Source: Clostridiales bacterium
GTDB lineage: Bacteria > Bacillota > Clostridia > Oscillospirales > JAAYOS01
DNA length: 57,773 bases
Direction of reading: 5' to 3'
Assembly: GCA_012520195.1 (NCBI GenBank)
Contig: JAAYOS010000032.1
Location: 1 to 57,773, forward strand
Shown here in pieces: positions 19,479 through 28,858 of this stretch (position 1 is its first letter; each line of letters begins with the position of its first letter). A model generated the notes under the pieces. It made no database searches and was not told the origin of the DNA. It was given only the letters and a program-made list of their open reading frames with translations. The position numbers and the translations under genes are program-made.

Positions 19479-20249
19479 ATGTTAAGAATCCTTCTCTCCG
19501 GATGTAATGGTCAGATGGGCAAGGTTATTACACAGCTTGTCTCTGACAATGACAATATGGAGATTGTTGCCGGAATCGATATTTCTGGCAATGCCGAATC
19601 CGCGGGTTTTCCCATATACGACGATCCATTCAAGTTCGACGGCGAAGCTGATGTACTCATTGATTTTTCCAATCCCGCATCTCTGTCCCGTCTGCTTGAT
19701 TACTGTACTGATCGGAAACTACCAGCAATACTTGCTACAACAGGCTATACTGACGAACAGATAGCCCTCATTGAGGAATCTTCCTCATTAGTTCCGATTT
19801 TTCGTTCAGCAAACATGTCAATTGGCATATGTCTTGTATCACAGCTTGCCAGCCAGGTAGCTACTCTGCTTGGTTCGAGCTTCAATATCGAAATTACCGA
19901 GAGACATCACAACAGAAAACTCGACTCACCTTCTGGAACTGCACTCTTAATTGCTGAGTCTATAGCTGAAGCACTTTCCTATGACCCGGTTTATTCGTAT
20001 GGAAGACACTCATCTAGCAATAGACGCAGAGCTGAAGAGATAGGAATTCATTCAATACGCGGTGGTACAATTATTGGCGATCACGAAGTTTTGTTTGCGG
20101 GAAATAATGAACTTATTGAAATAAAGCACTCAGCGCAGTCACGGGGAGTATTTGCAAATGGAGCACTTAGAGCTGCTGAGTTCATTGTTGATCAGAAGCC
20201 CGGGTTGTACGACATGAAAATCCTGGTGGAGAGCGTTATCAATAAGTGA
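19479..20249 (+). CDS. dapB: 4-hydroxy-tetrahydrodipicolinate reductase
   Basis: Motifs GCNGQMGK, ERHHNRKLDSPSGTA and SIRGGTIIGDHEV. The ATG at 19479 lies 7 nt after an AGGAG. Confidence 0.9.
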   Translation: MLRILLSGCNGQMGKVITQLVSDNDNMEIVAGIDISGNAESAGFPIYDDPFKFDGEADVLIDFSNPASLSRLLDYCTDRKLPAILATTGYTDEQIALIEESSSLVPIFRSANMSIGICLVSQLASQVATLLGSSFNIEITERHHNRKLDSPSGTALLIAESIAEALSYDPVYSYGRHSSSNRRRAEEIGIHSIRGGTIIGDHEVLFAGNNELIEIKHSAQSRGVFANGALRAAEFIVDQKPGLYDMKILVESVINK

Positions 20250-20292
20250 TAGTTTTGCGGGTTCTTACTTCAAAAATGCTTATCCCAAATTA

Positions 20293-20336
20293 AACGGCTT
20301 CCCTCAAAGATGTTTCATCCATTGAGGGAAGCCGTT
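20293..20336. terminator. Bidirectional terminator between convergent dapB and tyrS
   Basis: A 15-bp perfect stem, AACGGCTTCCCTCAA ... TTGAGGGAAGCCGTT, is flanked by A/T-rich runs on both sides. Confidence 0.8.
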
Positions 20337-20386
20337 AATTTGTTCAGTTATTACTACAATAGTGTATATGAGCTTACGCAGTATAA

Positions 20387-21613
20387 TTATCCTAGACGTA
20401 TACGGTGGTAAACCTTCTTACCTTTACGGACTACAATACCATCGCCTGAAAGCTGTGTGTCGGTAAAACGTACTGTAACTGTTGCGACCTTCTCATCATT
20501 TACCGAGATGCCACCCTGGTCCACCAAGCGTCTTGCCTCACCTTTTGAGCCTACAATACCGGCCTTGATCAACAGGTCACTAATTGCGATCTCGCCATCA
20601 ACAAGCTCTTCTGTAGAGAGCACTGTCTCAGGCATATTTGAGTCGGTACTTCCCTGCGAGAAAATTGCTTTTGCCGCTGAAAGTGCGTCGTCTGCAGCTT
20701 CCTTACCGTGAACGATTTTTGTCACTTCATATGCAAGTAGCTCTTTTGCGGAGTTTAGCTCTGCACCTTCAAGTGATTCATATTTCTTGATTTCCTCTAG
20801 GGGTAGAAATGTCACAAGCTTAAGGCAGTTGATGACATCGGCGTCAGCGACATTCCTCCAATACTGATAGAAATCGTAGGGAGATGTCTTTTCGGGGTCC
20901 AGCCAAACAGCACCCTTCTCCGTCTTCCCCATTTTCTTACCATCCGATGTGAGAAGCAGTGTAAAGGTAATGCCATATACAGTCTTGCCTGTCTTCCTTC
21001 TTATCAGATCGATACCGCCTAGGATGTTAGACCACTGGTCATCTCCTCCACACTGGAGGTTAACACCATATTCCTGATTCAGGACATAGTAGTCGTAACC
21101 CTGCATCAACATGTAGTTGAACTCAAGGAATGATAGTCCCCTCTCGAGACGAGATTTAAAACATTCAGCTGAGAGCATACGGTTTACCGAGAAATGTACG
21201 CCGACCTCTCTGAGAAACTCTACGTAATTGAGGTCAAGAAGCCAATCGGCGTTATTGACCATTATTGCGTTGCCTTCCGAAAAATCCACGATTTTTGACA
21301 TCTGCTTACGGAAGCAGTCTGCATTGTGTTGTATAGTTTCCACCGTCATCATTTTGCGCATATCGGTCTTTCCCGACGGATCGCCTATCATAGCTGTGCC
21401 TCCACCCAGCAGGGCTATCGGCTTGTTTCCAGCTCTTTGGAGATGTCTCATTATGATAAGCTGCATAAGGTGACCGATATGAAGGCTATCGGCTGTAGGG
21501 TCAAAGCCGATGTAGAATACTGCCTTTCCGGAATTGATCAGCTCACTGATCTCCTCTTCGTTAGTTGCCTGTGCCACAAGTCCCCTTGCAACCAGCTCTT
21601 CATATAGTGTCAT
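20387..21613 (-). CDS. tyrS: Tyrosine--tRNA ligase
   Basis: HIGH motif (LHIGHL), KMGKT (KMSKS-type), and a C-terminal S4-like domain ([15 protein letters not shown]). Confidence 0.95.
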   Translation of the reverse strand: MTLYEELVARGLVAQATNEEEISELINSGKAVFYIGFDPTADSLHIGHLMQLIIMRHLQRAGNKPIALLGGGTAMIGDPSGKTDMRKMMTVETIQHNADCFRKQMSKIVDFSEGNAIMVNNADWLLDLNYVEFLREVGVHFSVNRMLSAECFKSRLERGLSFLEFNYMLMQGYDYYVLNQEYGVNLQCGGDDQWSNILGGIDLIRRKTGKTVYGITFTLLLTSDGKKMGKTEKGAVWLDPEKTSPYDFYQYWRNVADADVINCLKLVTFLPLEEIKKYESLEGAELNSAKELLAYEVTKIVHGKEAADDALSAAKAIFSQGSTDSNMPETVLSTEELVDGEIAISDLLIKAGIVGSKGEARRLVDQGGISVNDEKVATVTVRFTDTQLSGDGIVVRKGKKVYHRIRLG

Positions 21614-21619
21614 AATAAC

Positions 21620-23308
21620 TCATCCTCGTTTCTTATAAGCTTTCGCATCAGCAATCATCTCGCCCGCACTTTTCAGCGTTAACTCGGTTATTGCCGTTGC
21701 GCTAATTATTCTTGCAATCTCTTCGGTTGCAGATGCTTCGTCAAGCAGATTCACAGTGGTGTAGACACGGCCTCCGCGCTCACTCTTTTCAACCCGGAAA
21801 TGATTATCTGCCATAGCGGCTATCTGCGACAGATGTGTAACACACAAAACCTGTTTCTCCCGTGACACACCTGCAAGCATTTCAGCAACCTTCTGGGCTG
21901 CACGGCCGCTGACACCCGAATCGACCTCATCAAATATCAATGTCTGTATGTCATCGTTTTTGAGGAGCACATTCTTCATTGCAAGCATTATTCTTGATAA
22001 CTCACCGCCCGATGCAATACGGGAAATTGAGCGGAGCTGCTCTCCCGGGTTTGCCGAAAGCAGGAACTTTACCTCATCCAGACCGTCAGGTCCCGGTTCC
22101 TCGGTCTGATCGATATCTACCACAAACTGAACCTTTGGCATATCGAGCTTTGAAAGACTTTCCATAATTAATTGTGATAGCTCTGTTGCTCTCTCAGAAC
22201 GGCTGCGGCTAAGAGCTCTTCCAGCCTCCATAGTCTTTGCGAATATCTCCTCACGCTTAGCAGTGAGCCTTGCAAGCTTCTCTTCAGAAAACTCGATTCT
22301 GTCTAGCTCCTCCTTGTCTCGCTTAAGGGTTTCAAGGATGCTCTCAATAGAATCGCCGTACTTTCGTTTCAGTCGGAAAATAAGATCAAGTCTCGCTTCG
22401 ACCTGCTCCATCTCCTCCGGCGAGTAAACATAAGTATCGCGTAGGTCTCTGATTTCATTTGCCAGATCCTCTGCCACAAATCTAATATCTGTTAGACGTT
22501 CCTGTGTTGCTCCTAGACGAGTGTCTATTGAGGATATTGTTGAAAAGAAGAAATCCGCAGAGTTTAGAAGCCCGCATGCTCCTTCTGAATCCTCATCGCC
22601 GTATAGAGCGCGGAAACACTGCTCTAAAGCCTCTACCATCTGTTCAGAGTTCCGAAGGATATCTCGTCGGGATTCCAGCACCTCATCCTCGCCTATTTCT
22701 AGGTCTGCTGCTTCGATTTCTTTAATACGATATTGCAGGCGGTCAATCAGTCGAGCCTTCTCCTTCTCATCAACCTTCATAGACTTGATATTGCTTTCAA
22801 TCTCAAGTAACTCATTATAGAGGTCCCGGTATCTTTTTAGCAGAGAATCATGTCCCGCAAAGCTGTCTAGATACGGGAGATGTGTGTTTTCATAGAGCAG
22901 ACTCTGATTTTCGTGCTGACCATGAACATTAATAAGTAGGCTGCCCAACTCCCTTAGCTGAGTTACGGTAACTGGCATCCCGTTTATTTTACAGAGACCA
23001 CGTCCCTCGGATGATATTTGACGATAAATCAGGATGTTACCGTCTTCATCCGGAGAATACCCGTTCTCTCCGAGCCAAGTGAGCACAGAAGGTGAAAGAT
23101 CACTGAACAGGGCGCTGACAACAGCAGTACTCTCACCAGTACGTATCAAATCTCTGTTGGCGCGTTCACCTGCAATTACTCCGATAGCATCGATAATAAT
23201 TGATTTACCTGCGCCTGTCTCACCCGTAAGGATGTTAAGTCCCGAACCGGGCTCAATATCAGCACGCTCAACCACAGCAATATTTTCAATATGAAGAAGT
23301 GTGAGCAT
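21620..23308 (-). CDS. recN: DNA repair protein RecN
   Basis: N-terminal Walker A (LTGETGAGKSIIIDA), a long coiled-coil, the C-terminal SMC signature SGGELSRIMLA, and Walker B (LIFDEVDSG). Confidence 0.95.
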   Translation of the reverse strand: MLTLLHIENIAVVERADIEPGSGLNILTGETGAGKSIIIDAIGVIAGERANRDLIRTGESTAVVSALFSDLSPSVLTWLGENGYSPDEDGNILIYRQISSEGRGLCKINGMPVTVTQLRELGSLLINVHGQHENQSLLYENTHLPYLDSFAGHDSLLKRYRDLYNELLEIESNIKSMKVDEKEKARLIDRLQYRIKEIEAADLEIGEDEVLESRRDILRNSEQMVEALEQCFRALYGDEDSEGACGLLNSADFFFSTISSIDTRLGATQERLTDIRFVAEDLANEIRDLRDTYVYSPEEMEQVEARLDLIFRLKRKYGDSIESILETLKRDKEELDRIEFSEEKLARLTAKREEIFAKTMEAGRALSRSRSERATELSQLIMESLSKLDMPKVQFVVDIDQTEEPGPDGLDEVKFLLSANPGEQLRSISRIASGGELSRIMLAMKNVLLKNDDIQTLIFDEVDSGVSGRAAQKVAEMLAGVSREKQVLCVTHLSQIAAMADNHFRVEKSERGGRVYTTVNLLDEASATEEIARIISATAITELTLKSAGEMIADAKAYKKRG

Positions 23309-23333
23309 TTAGATTCCTCCCAGCACACAGCTG

Positions 23334-23786
23334 TCATCGCAAAAGGTCGCTGATCTTCTCAGAAAAATCAACTGCATGATTATCTTCACGTAGTATTACA
23401 ATTGCTGTGTCGTCTCCAGCCAGTGTACCGACAATTTCATCGAGCTGCATTGCATCTATTGCAGAACAGGCTGCGGGTGCCAGACCGGGTAGAGTGCGCA
23501 AAACGATTATATTCTTCGCGCGATCTGCCGATACTACGCTCTCTTTAAAAATGTTTCTCAGACGGGTATCTAATTCGGGTTCGAAGATTTTTGCAGGTGC
23601 CTGGTATCGGTATCTGCCGTTATCAGTAAGGGTCTTCTGTAGTTTGAGCTCTTTAATATCTCGGGAAATAGTTGCTTGGGTTGCATCAATTCCATGTTCG
23701 CGAAGCCTTTCGGCAAGCTCCTCCTGGGTCTCTACGGTTTCCTTCTGAAGGATTTGAAGAATCATCTTGTGCCGCATAGGTTTCAT
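23334..23786 (-). CDS. argR: Arginine repressor ArgR/AhrC
   Basis: The winged-helix region reads TQEELAERLREHGIDATQATISRDIKEL. The C-terminal oligomerisation domain shows GTLAGDDT. Confidence 0.9.
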   Translation of the reverse strand: MKPMRHKMILQILQKETVETQEELAERLREHGIDATQATISRDIKELKLQKTLTDNGRYRYQAPAKIFEPELDTRLRNIFKESVVSADRAKNIIVLRTLPGLAPAACSAIDAMQLDEIVGTLAGDDTAIVILREDNHAVDFSEKISDLLR

Positions 23787-23865
23787 ATGATGAGTTCCTT
23801 TCCTGTATGTTTATTTTAGGAGTATGTATGTAGAGGCTGTTTAGCCGTATGCACCAGTTAATATA

Positions 23866-24726
23866 TTATGGGAGCAGCTTATTCCTTACAATATCATAGA
23901 AACTATGATTCTTTGCCCTGACAAGCTTGCAGCTAAGTTCTGATTTTGTAAGGACAACTGTATCGCCCTGTTCCATATTATATTGGGAAACTCCGTCAAT
24001 TGTCAATTTCGCAGTCTTGCCTGGAGTCGTATTCACAAACCTGATTTCACTAGATCCACATAGAATAAAGGACTTTGCATATAAACTATGCGCACATATT
24101 GGAGTTACAACAGTTAAGTCGGCACAGGGCTCAACAAGCGGTCCCCCCGCCGACAACGAATAAGCCGAGGATCCGGTCGGAGTTGAAGCGATAATACCGT
24201 CACCGCTGATGGTGGCTATCAGATGGTCACCAACCCAGAAATCGAGAGAAATAATACGGGGAACCTCTGCATTTGTGACAACAGCGTCATTGAGTGCTGA
24301 TCCACATGACAATACTTCTCCGTCTCTCATAAGCAAGGCGTCGAGCATGGACCTGTTATCTATACTGTAGCTGCCTTTGAGTATCGGCTCGAGCCTGGAA
24401 AGTTCGTCCTTTTCAAGCTCTGCGAGAAAACCCAGTTTTCCTGCGTTAATTCCCAGGACGGGCTTTGATTCTTTTGCAGCGACCTTCGCAATCTGAAGGA
24501 TCGTCCCGTCACCACCGATGGAAATTACCATGTCCGATTCCCTTACCCCCTCTTCCAAAGGAGTCTGCCTTACTAAGTCTGAAAAGAGTTCTATCGAATC
24601 AGGCAAAATCGGTTCCAGACCTGAACTGCTGATTATCTTAATAACCTCGGCAGTAATCTTCAGACCTTTATCGCGGCTGGGATTCGGGTATACAAATATC
24701 GTGGTCATATTGCTGTTATCTGACAT
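23866..24726 (-). CDS. nadK: NAD kinase
   Basis: Motifs GGDGTIL and TPTGSSAYSLSAGGP, at the size typical of PpnK. Confidence 0.9.
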   Translation of the reverse strand: MSDNSNMTTIFVYPNPSRDKGLKITAEVIKIISSSGLEPILPDSIELFSDLVRQTPLEEGVRESDMVISIGGDGTILQIAKVAAKESKPVLGINAGKLGFLAELEKDELSRLEPILKGSYSIDNRSMLDALLMRDGEVLSCGSALNDAVVTNAEVPRIISLDFWVGDHLIATISGDGIIASTPTGSSAYSLSAGGPLVEPCADLTVVTPICAHSLYAKSFILCGSSEIRFVNTTPGKTAKLTIDGVSQYNMEQGDTVVLTKSELSCKLVRAKNHSFYDIVRNKLLP

Positions 24727-24801
24727 TTACAACACCGCTTTACAGAATCGTCATTTTTGAACTTAAGCTCACGCTGGCCACTTTCCCGGGTAATAATTAA
24801 C

Positions 24802-25611
24802 TCATAATACATTATGAGATTCCTCAACCACTTTTGAAAGATCAATTGATTCATAGTTGGATATATTATCCTGTTTCGCTGTTTGTAGGGTCAAGCATGC
24901 CAGGTACTCTATGTTACCCTCGGGTCCTTTGATTGGTGAGTAAGTCAACTGGTTGACAGAAAACCCAGAGTCTATTGCGTTCTTAGTGAATTCCTCCAGT
25001 ACCTCAAGATGGACATTGGGATCCCTTACAACGCCCTTCTTCCCCACTTTTTCGCGGCCTGCCTCAAATTGGGGCTTGACAAGGGCGACGACTTTACAAG
25101 TTGGTTTTACAAGATTTCTGACCACTGGCAGTACTAGTTTCAATGAAATAAATGATACATCTATCGAAACGAAGTCCAGCATCTCGCCAATCATATCTGG
25201 TGTTACGTGACGTATGTTTGTTCTTTCCATTACAACAACCCTGTCATCCTGACGAAGTTTCCAAGCCAGCTGGCCATAACCGACATCAACAGCATAAACC
25301 TTTGATGCACCGTTTTGAAGCATACAATCGGTAAATCCACCTGTAGAAGCTCCAATATCGGCCGCAACTACGCCGTTTAGCGAGAGATTAAAATCTAGTA
25401 TTGCCTTCTCGAGCTTAAGACCTCCCCGGCTTACATAAGAGATTGTGTTGCCCCTGATATCGATCTTCACATCCTCAGAAACCTGTGTTCCGGGTTTTAT
25501 GATCCTCATATCATCAACAAAGACTATACCACTCATGACAGATGCTTTTGCTTTCTCCCGGCTCTCGAAGTATCCTCTCTCAAACAGCAGTTGATCTATT
25601 CTTTTTCTCAC
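24802..25611 (-). CDS. tlyA: TlyA-family rRNA 2'-O-methyltransferase (S4 plus FtsJ domains)
   Basis: RIDQLLFERGYFESREKAKA is the S4 region and DIGASTGGFTD is the SAM motif. The start is ambiguous: TTG at 25614 or GTG at 25611, both after GGAGG. The longer ORF overlaps the dxs 3' end. Confidence 0.85.
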   Translation of the reverse strand: MRKRIDQLLFERGYFESREKAKASVMSGIVFVDDMRIIKPGTQVSEDVKIDIRGNTISYVSRGGLKLEKAILDFNLSLNGVVAADIGASTGGFTDCMLQNGASKVYAVDVGYGQLAWKLRQDDRVVVMERTNIRHVTPDMIGEMLDFVSIDVSFISLKLVLPVVRNLVKPTCKVVALVKPQFEAGREKVGKKGVVRDPNVHLEVLEEFTKNAIDSGFSVNQLTYSPIKGPEGNIEYLACLTLQTAKQDNISNYESIDLSKVVEESHNVL

Positions 25612-27457
25612 CAACACATTCCTCCAATATGGCAGAGGCAATAGAAGCGGCATCAAGACCGTATTCGGTAATCAAATCATTCACATTGCCGTGTGGTATG
25701 AAATCATCACCTAAATTTTTTAGTCTTGCGGACTTGATACTCACATTTGAAAGAATGAGTTCACTTAAAATCCGCCTACCAGTACTGCCCTCGTCTAGTA
25801 ACTCCTCTACTGCTAAGAAGCGTCCGGTTTTCTTAACGGAACTGATTACAGGCTCCTTTGGAAGAGGCGAAATAACGTTGAGTTTTACTACTTCAACTGA
25901 CACACCCTTCGATTCACAAAGCCTAGCTGCATCAAGCACCTGATTTATGATTACACCGTGGGTACAGACCGTGATGTCGGTACCTTCTCTTATTATCTCT
26001 GCATCACCAGTGGATAAGCCTCTATAGTTGCCCTCTGATCCACGCGGATACCGAATTGCGACAGGACCATCGCTCTGGGCGAGGGCATCCTCCAGCGTTT
26101 TTTCGAGTTCGGCATAACTTGAAGGGCAGTAAACGCGTAAACCTGGTATTTGAGGAAGGAACAATCCATCAAATACGCCGTGGTGGGTCTCCCCGTCTTC
26201 TCCTGTAAGCCCGGCTCTGTCTATAGCAAAGACAACCGGAAGGTTTTGAAGCGCTACGTCATGCACTATCATATCGTAAGAGCGCTGAAGGAAAGTGGAG
26301 TATATTGCACAAACCGGTCGCAACCCATTTTTTGCCATGCCTGCGGCCATAGTAACTGCATGCTCCTCAGCAATCCCAACATCAAACGTGCGGTTTGGGT
26401 TTTTCTCATTAAAATGCTCGAGTCCGGTGCCACTTAACATTGCCGCTGTTATGGCGCAGATGCGCTTGTCCGAATTTGCTAGCTCCTCCAATTTGTTGCC
26501 GAAGACACTTGAAAAGCAGGATGTGGAGTTCTTGATTTGCAGGCCGGAACCTATATCGAACTGAGAAATACCGTGATATTTTGACGGGCTCTCCTCCGAA
26601 TAGCGATATCCTCTGCCTTTCACGGTAGTTAAATGGATTAGGACAGGTCCCGGGTACCCCTTTGCAATCTCAAGGAGGCTGCAAAGCTCCTCTAGATTAT
26701 GTCCGTCAACTGGTCCAAGGTAGGCAAACCCCAAATCCTCAAACATGCTTCCACGTACTATCATATGCTTGAAAAACATCTTGGTGTTGTGAACGATACG
26801 GTATAAGTACTTACCAGCGGGGATTTTTCCTGTAATTGCACGAACACCAGTCTTTATCTTTGAGTACTGAGGTTTAAGACGCAGACGGCCTAGCTGTCTA
26901 GCAACACCACCGACATTGCGCTGTATCGACATCCCATTATCGTTAAGCAGGACTATCAGTTTCTCATTTGCCTGTCCCGCATCATTAAGAGCCTCATAGG
27001 CAAGCCCGCCAGTTAGGGCACCGTCACCAATTACTGCAACCACATTATAGTCCTCGTTTGAGAGTGTTCTTGCACGAGCCATACCCAACGCAGCAGATAT
27101 TGATGTGGATGCGTGGCCAGTTGCAAATGCATCGTGATTGCTCTCACACGGCTTTGGAAATCCGGAAATACCGTTAATTGAACGTAGACTATCAAACTGA
27201 TCGCGTCTTCCGGTGAGTATTTTGTGAGCATAACACTGATGTCCGACATCAAAGATGACTCTGTCGACCGAGGTGTCAAACACCTTATGAAGTGCAACCG
27301 TAAGCTCAATTACACCGAGGTTGGAAGCCAGGTGTCCGCCGGTACGCGATATACTTTCTATAAGAAAGAGCCTGATTTCATCGCAAAGCGATTCGAGCTC
27401 CTGTATATTTAGTTTTTTTATGTTTTCCGGTGAGTCTATATACTTAAGAAAACTCAT
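25580..27457 (-). CDS. dxs: 1-deoxy-D-xylulose-5-phosphate synthase
   Basis: GGHLASNLG, DVGHQCYAHKILTGRR, and the TPP motif GDGALTGG...NDN. 625 aa. Confidence 0.95.
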   Translation of the reverse strand: MSFLKYIDSPENIKKLNIQELESLCDEIRLFLIESISRTGGHLASNLGVIELTVALHKVFDTSVDRVIFDVGHQCYAHKILTGRRDQFDSLRSINGISGFPKPCESNHDAFATGHASTSISAALGMARARTLSNEDYNVVAVIGDGALTGGLAYEALNDAGQANEKLIVLLNDNGMSIQRNVGGVARQLGRLRLKPQYSKIKTGVRAITGKIPAGKYLYRIVHNTKMFFKHMIVRGSMFEDLGFAYLGPVDGHNLEELCSLLEIAKGYPGPVLIHLTTVKGRGYRYSEESPSKYHGISQFDIGSGLQIKNSTSCFSSVFGNKLEELANSDKRICAITAAMLSGTGLEHFNEKNPNRTFDVGIAEEHAVTMAAGMAKNGLRPVCAIYSTFLQRSYDMIVHDVALQNLPVVFAIDRAGLTGEDGETHHGVFDGLFLPQIPGLRVYCPSSYAELEKTLEDALAQSDGPVAIRYPRGSEGNYRGLSTGDAEIIREGTDITVCTHGVIINQVLDAARLCESKGVSVEVVKLNVISPLPKEPVISSVKKTGRFLAVEELLDEGSTGRRILSELILSNVSIKSARLKNLGDDFIPHGNVNDLITEYGLDAASIASAILEECVGEKKNRSTAV

Positions 27458-27494
27458 AGTTACCTCTCAGTATTTCTATATCAATGCACATATC

Positions 27495-28415
27495 TCAGCT
27501 ATTTCGAGAAGCAAGATAATCTGTCAACCAAATCAAAAATTCGTTATTCTTGAAGTAAGAGAGCTGCTCTTTAGCTGAAAGGGTAAGCTTTTCAACTAAT
27601 CTCTCGCACTCAGAAATCCCGTAAAAATCGACAAATGTCTTTTTCCCTCTGTCAGTATCAGAGCCGACGGGTTTACCCAATGTATCTTCATCCCCGGTAA
27701 CGTTAAGCATGTCATCCTTTATTTGGAAAGCAAGACCTATTGCGTCAGCGTATTTGGCAGCAGCATGACGTTTGTCCAGTGATGTCTCTGCCAGAACACA
27801 GCCGCCGACACATGCAGCGGATATGAGGGCACCTGTTTTTAGACGTTGAGTATCCTCAATTAGGGAGACATCAACTTCTCGGTTCTCATTTTCCATATCC
27901 AGTATCTGACCGCCTATCATACCAAAAGCTCCCGAAGACTGCGCAATGATCCTTGATACTTCTAGACGTGTCTCAGCTGAAGGCAGTTTCTTGGGAAGCA
28001 TGGACGCTGTCCCGGGGAATAATTCATTCTTATCGGACAGCATCAACTCAAAAGCAGCATTAAGAAGGGCATCACCTGCCAACACTGCGGTTGCTTCTCC
28101 GAAAACTATATGGTTTGTAGGTAGACCTCTGCGTAAGTCATCATTGTCCATACACGGCAAATCATCATGTATCAGAGAGTAGGTATGAATCATTTCAACG
28201 GCCAAAGCAAAAATCAGAGCTGTATCCGGATCTCCTCCCGATGCCTTGCAAAACTCAATAAACAGAATAGGGCGAATTCTCTTTCCTCCCGAAAGCAAGC
28301 TATACCTCATAGCATCAATCAGGGTCTTTTGCTTGAAATCTCCGTCTGAAAAAAGACTTTCCAGCGCACTGTTAATTCTGCTTATACTTCGGTCATAATA
28401 TTTTTTATAACTCAT
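27495..28415 (-). CDS. ispA: Polyprenyl (farnesyl) diphosphate synthase
   Basis: The first and second Asp-rich motifs are LIHDDLPCMDNDDLRRG and FQIKDDMLN. It sits between xseB and dxs, as in Bacillus. Confidence 0.9.
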   Translation of the reverse strand: MSYKKYYDRSISRINSALESLFSDGDFKQKTLIDAMRYSLLSGGKRIRPILFIEFCKASGGDPDTALIFALAVEMIHTYSLIHDDLPCMDNDDLRRGLPTNHIVFGEATAVLAGDALLNAAFELMLSDKNELFPGTASMLPKKLPSAETRLEVSRIIAQSSGAFGMIGGQILDMENENREVDVSLIEDTQRLKTGALISAACVGGCVLAETSLDKRHAAAKYADAIGLAFQIKDDMLNVTGDEDTLGKPVGSDTDRGKKTFVDFYGISECERLVEKLTLSAKEQLSYFKNNEFLIWLTDYLASRNS

Positions 28416-28433
28416 AAATGGATTACGATGCCA

Positions 28434-28667
28434 TTACTCCGATTCAATCTCAAAGGGCTCAGAGACAGGCTCTCCGGTTGCTCCTTTCATAATCAAATTC
28501 ACTTTCTGCTCCGCCTCGTTGAGGATCGCGTTACACTTCTTCATAAGGGACGCACCCTCCTCAAACAAGCCGAGCGCCTCCTCCACCGGGATTTCCCCCC
28601 TCTCAAGGAGTCGAACGATTTCTTCGAGTCTTGTGATGGATGTTTCAAAGGATACTTTTTCAGCCAT
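28434..28667 (-). CDS. xseB: Exodeoxyribonuclease VII small subunit
   Basis: 77 aa. SFETSITRLEEIVRLLERGEIPVEEALGLFEEGASLMKKC is the XseB signature. Confidence 0.9.
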   Translation of the reverse strand: MAEKVSFETSITRLEEIVRLLERGEIPVEEALGLFEEGASLMKKCNAILNEAEQKVNLIMKGATGEPVSEPFEIESE

Positions 28668-28858
28668 ATTATTACTCCGTTCTGTCGTATGTCGTCAGTT
28701 GATACTGTATGTTGTATTTGGTTCCGACTTTTTTTATCTCTTTAGTCATTAATTCTATCTGTCTTTAATTTCGACACAGTATGTATTTTTCATACCTATA
28801 TTACACTACTAATGCCAAATGTCCAGAATAATAGTAACGATACTTCAGAGTTCTTCAC

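Noticed and set aside
21614-21619. Searched for a T-box leader upstream of tyrS
   Set aside because: Only 6 nt separate tyrS from recN, and no T-box sequence (..GGTGGTACCGCG..) occurs in the recN 3' end.
28671-28748. 25-codon ORF in the xseA-xseB spacer as a real micropeptide gene
   Set aside because: There is no recognisable SD upstream of its ATG and no way to judge conservation here. It is kept only as a note inside the spacer finding.
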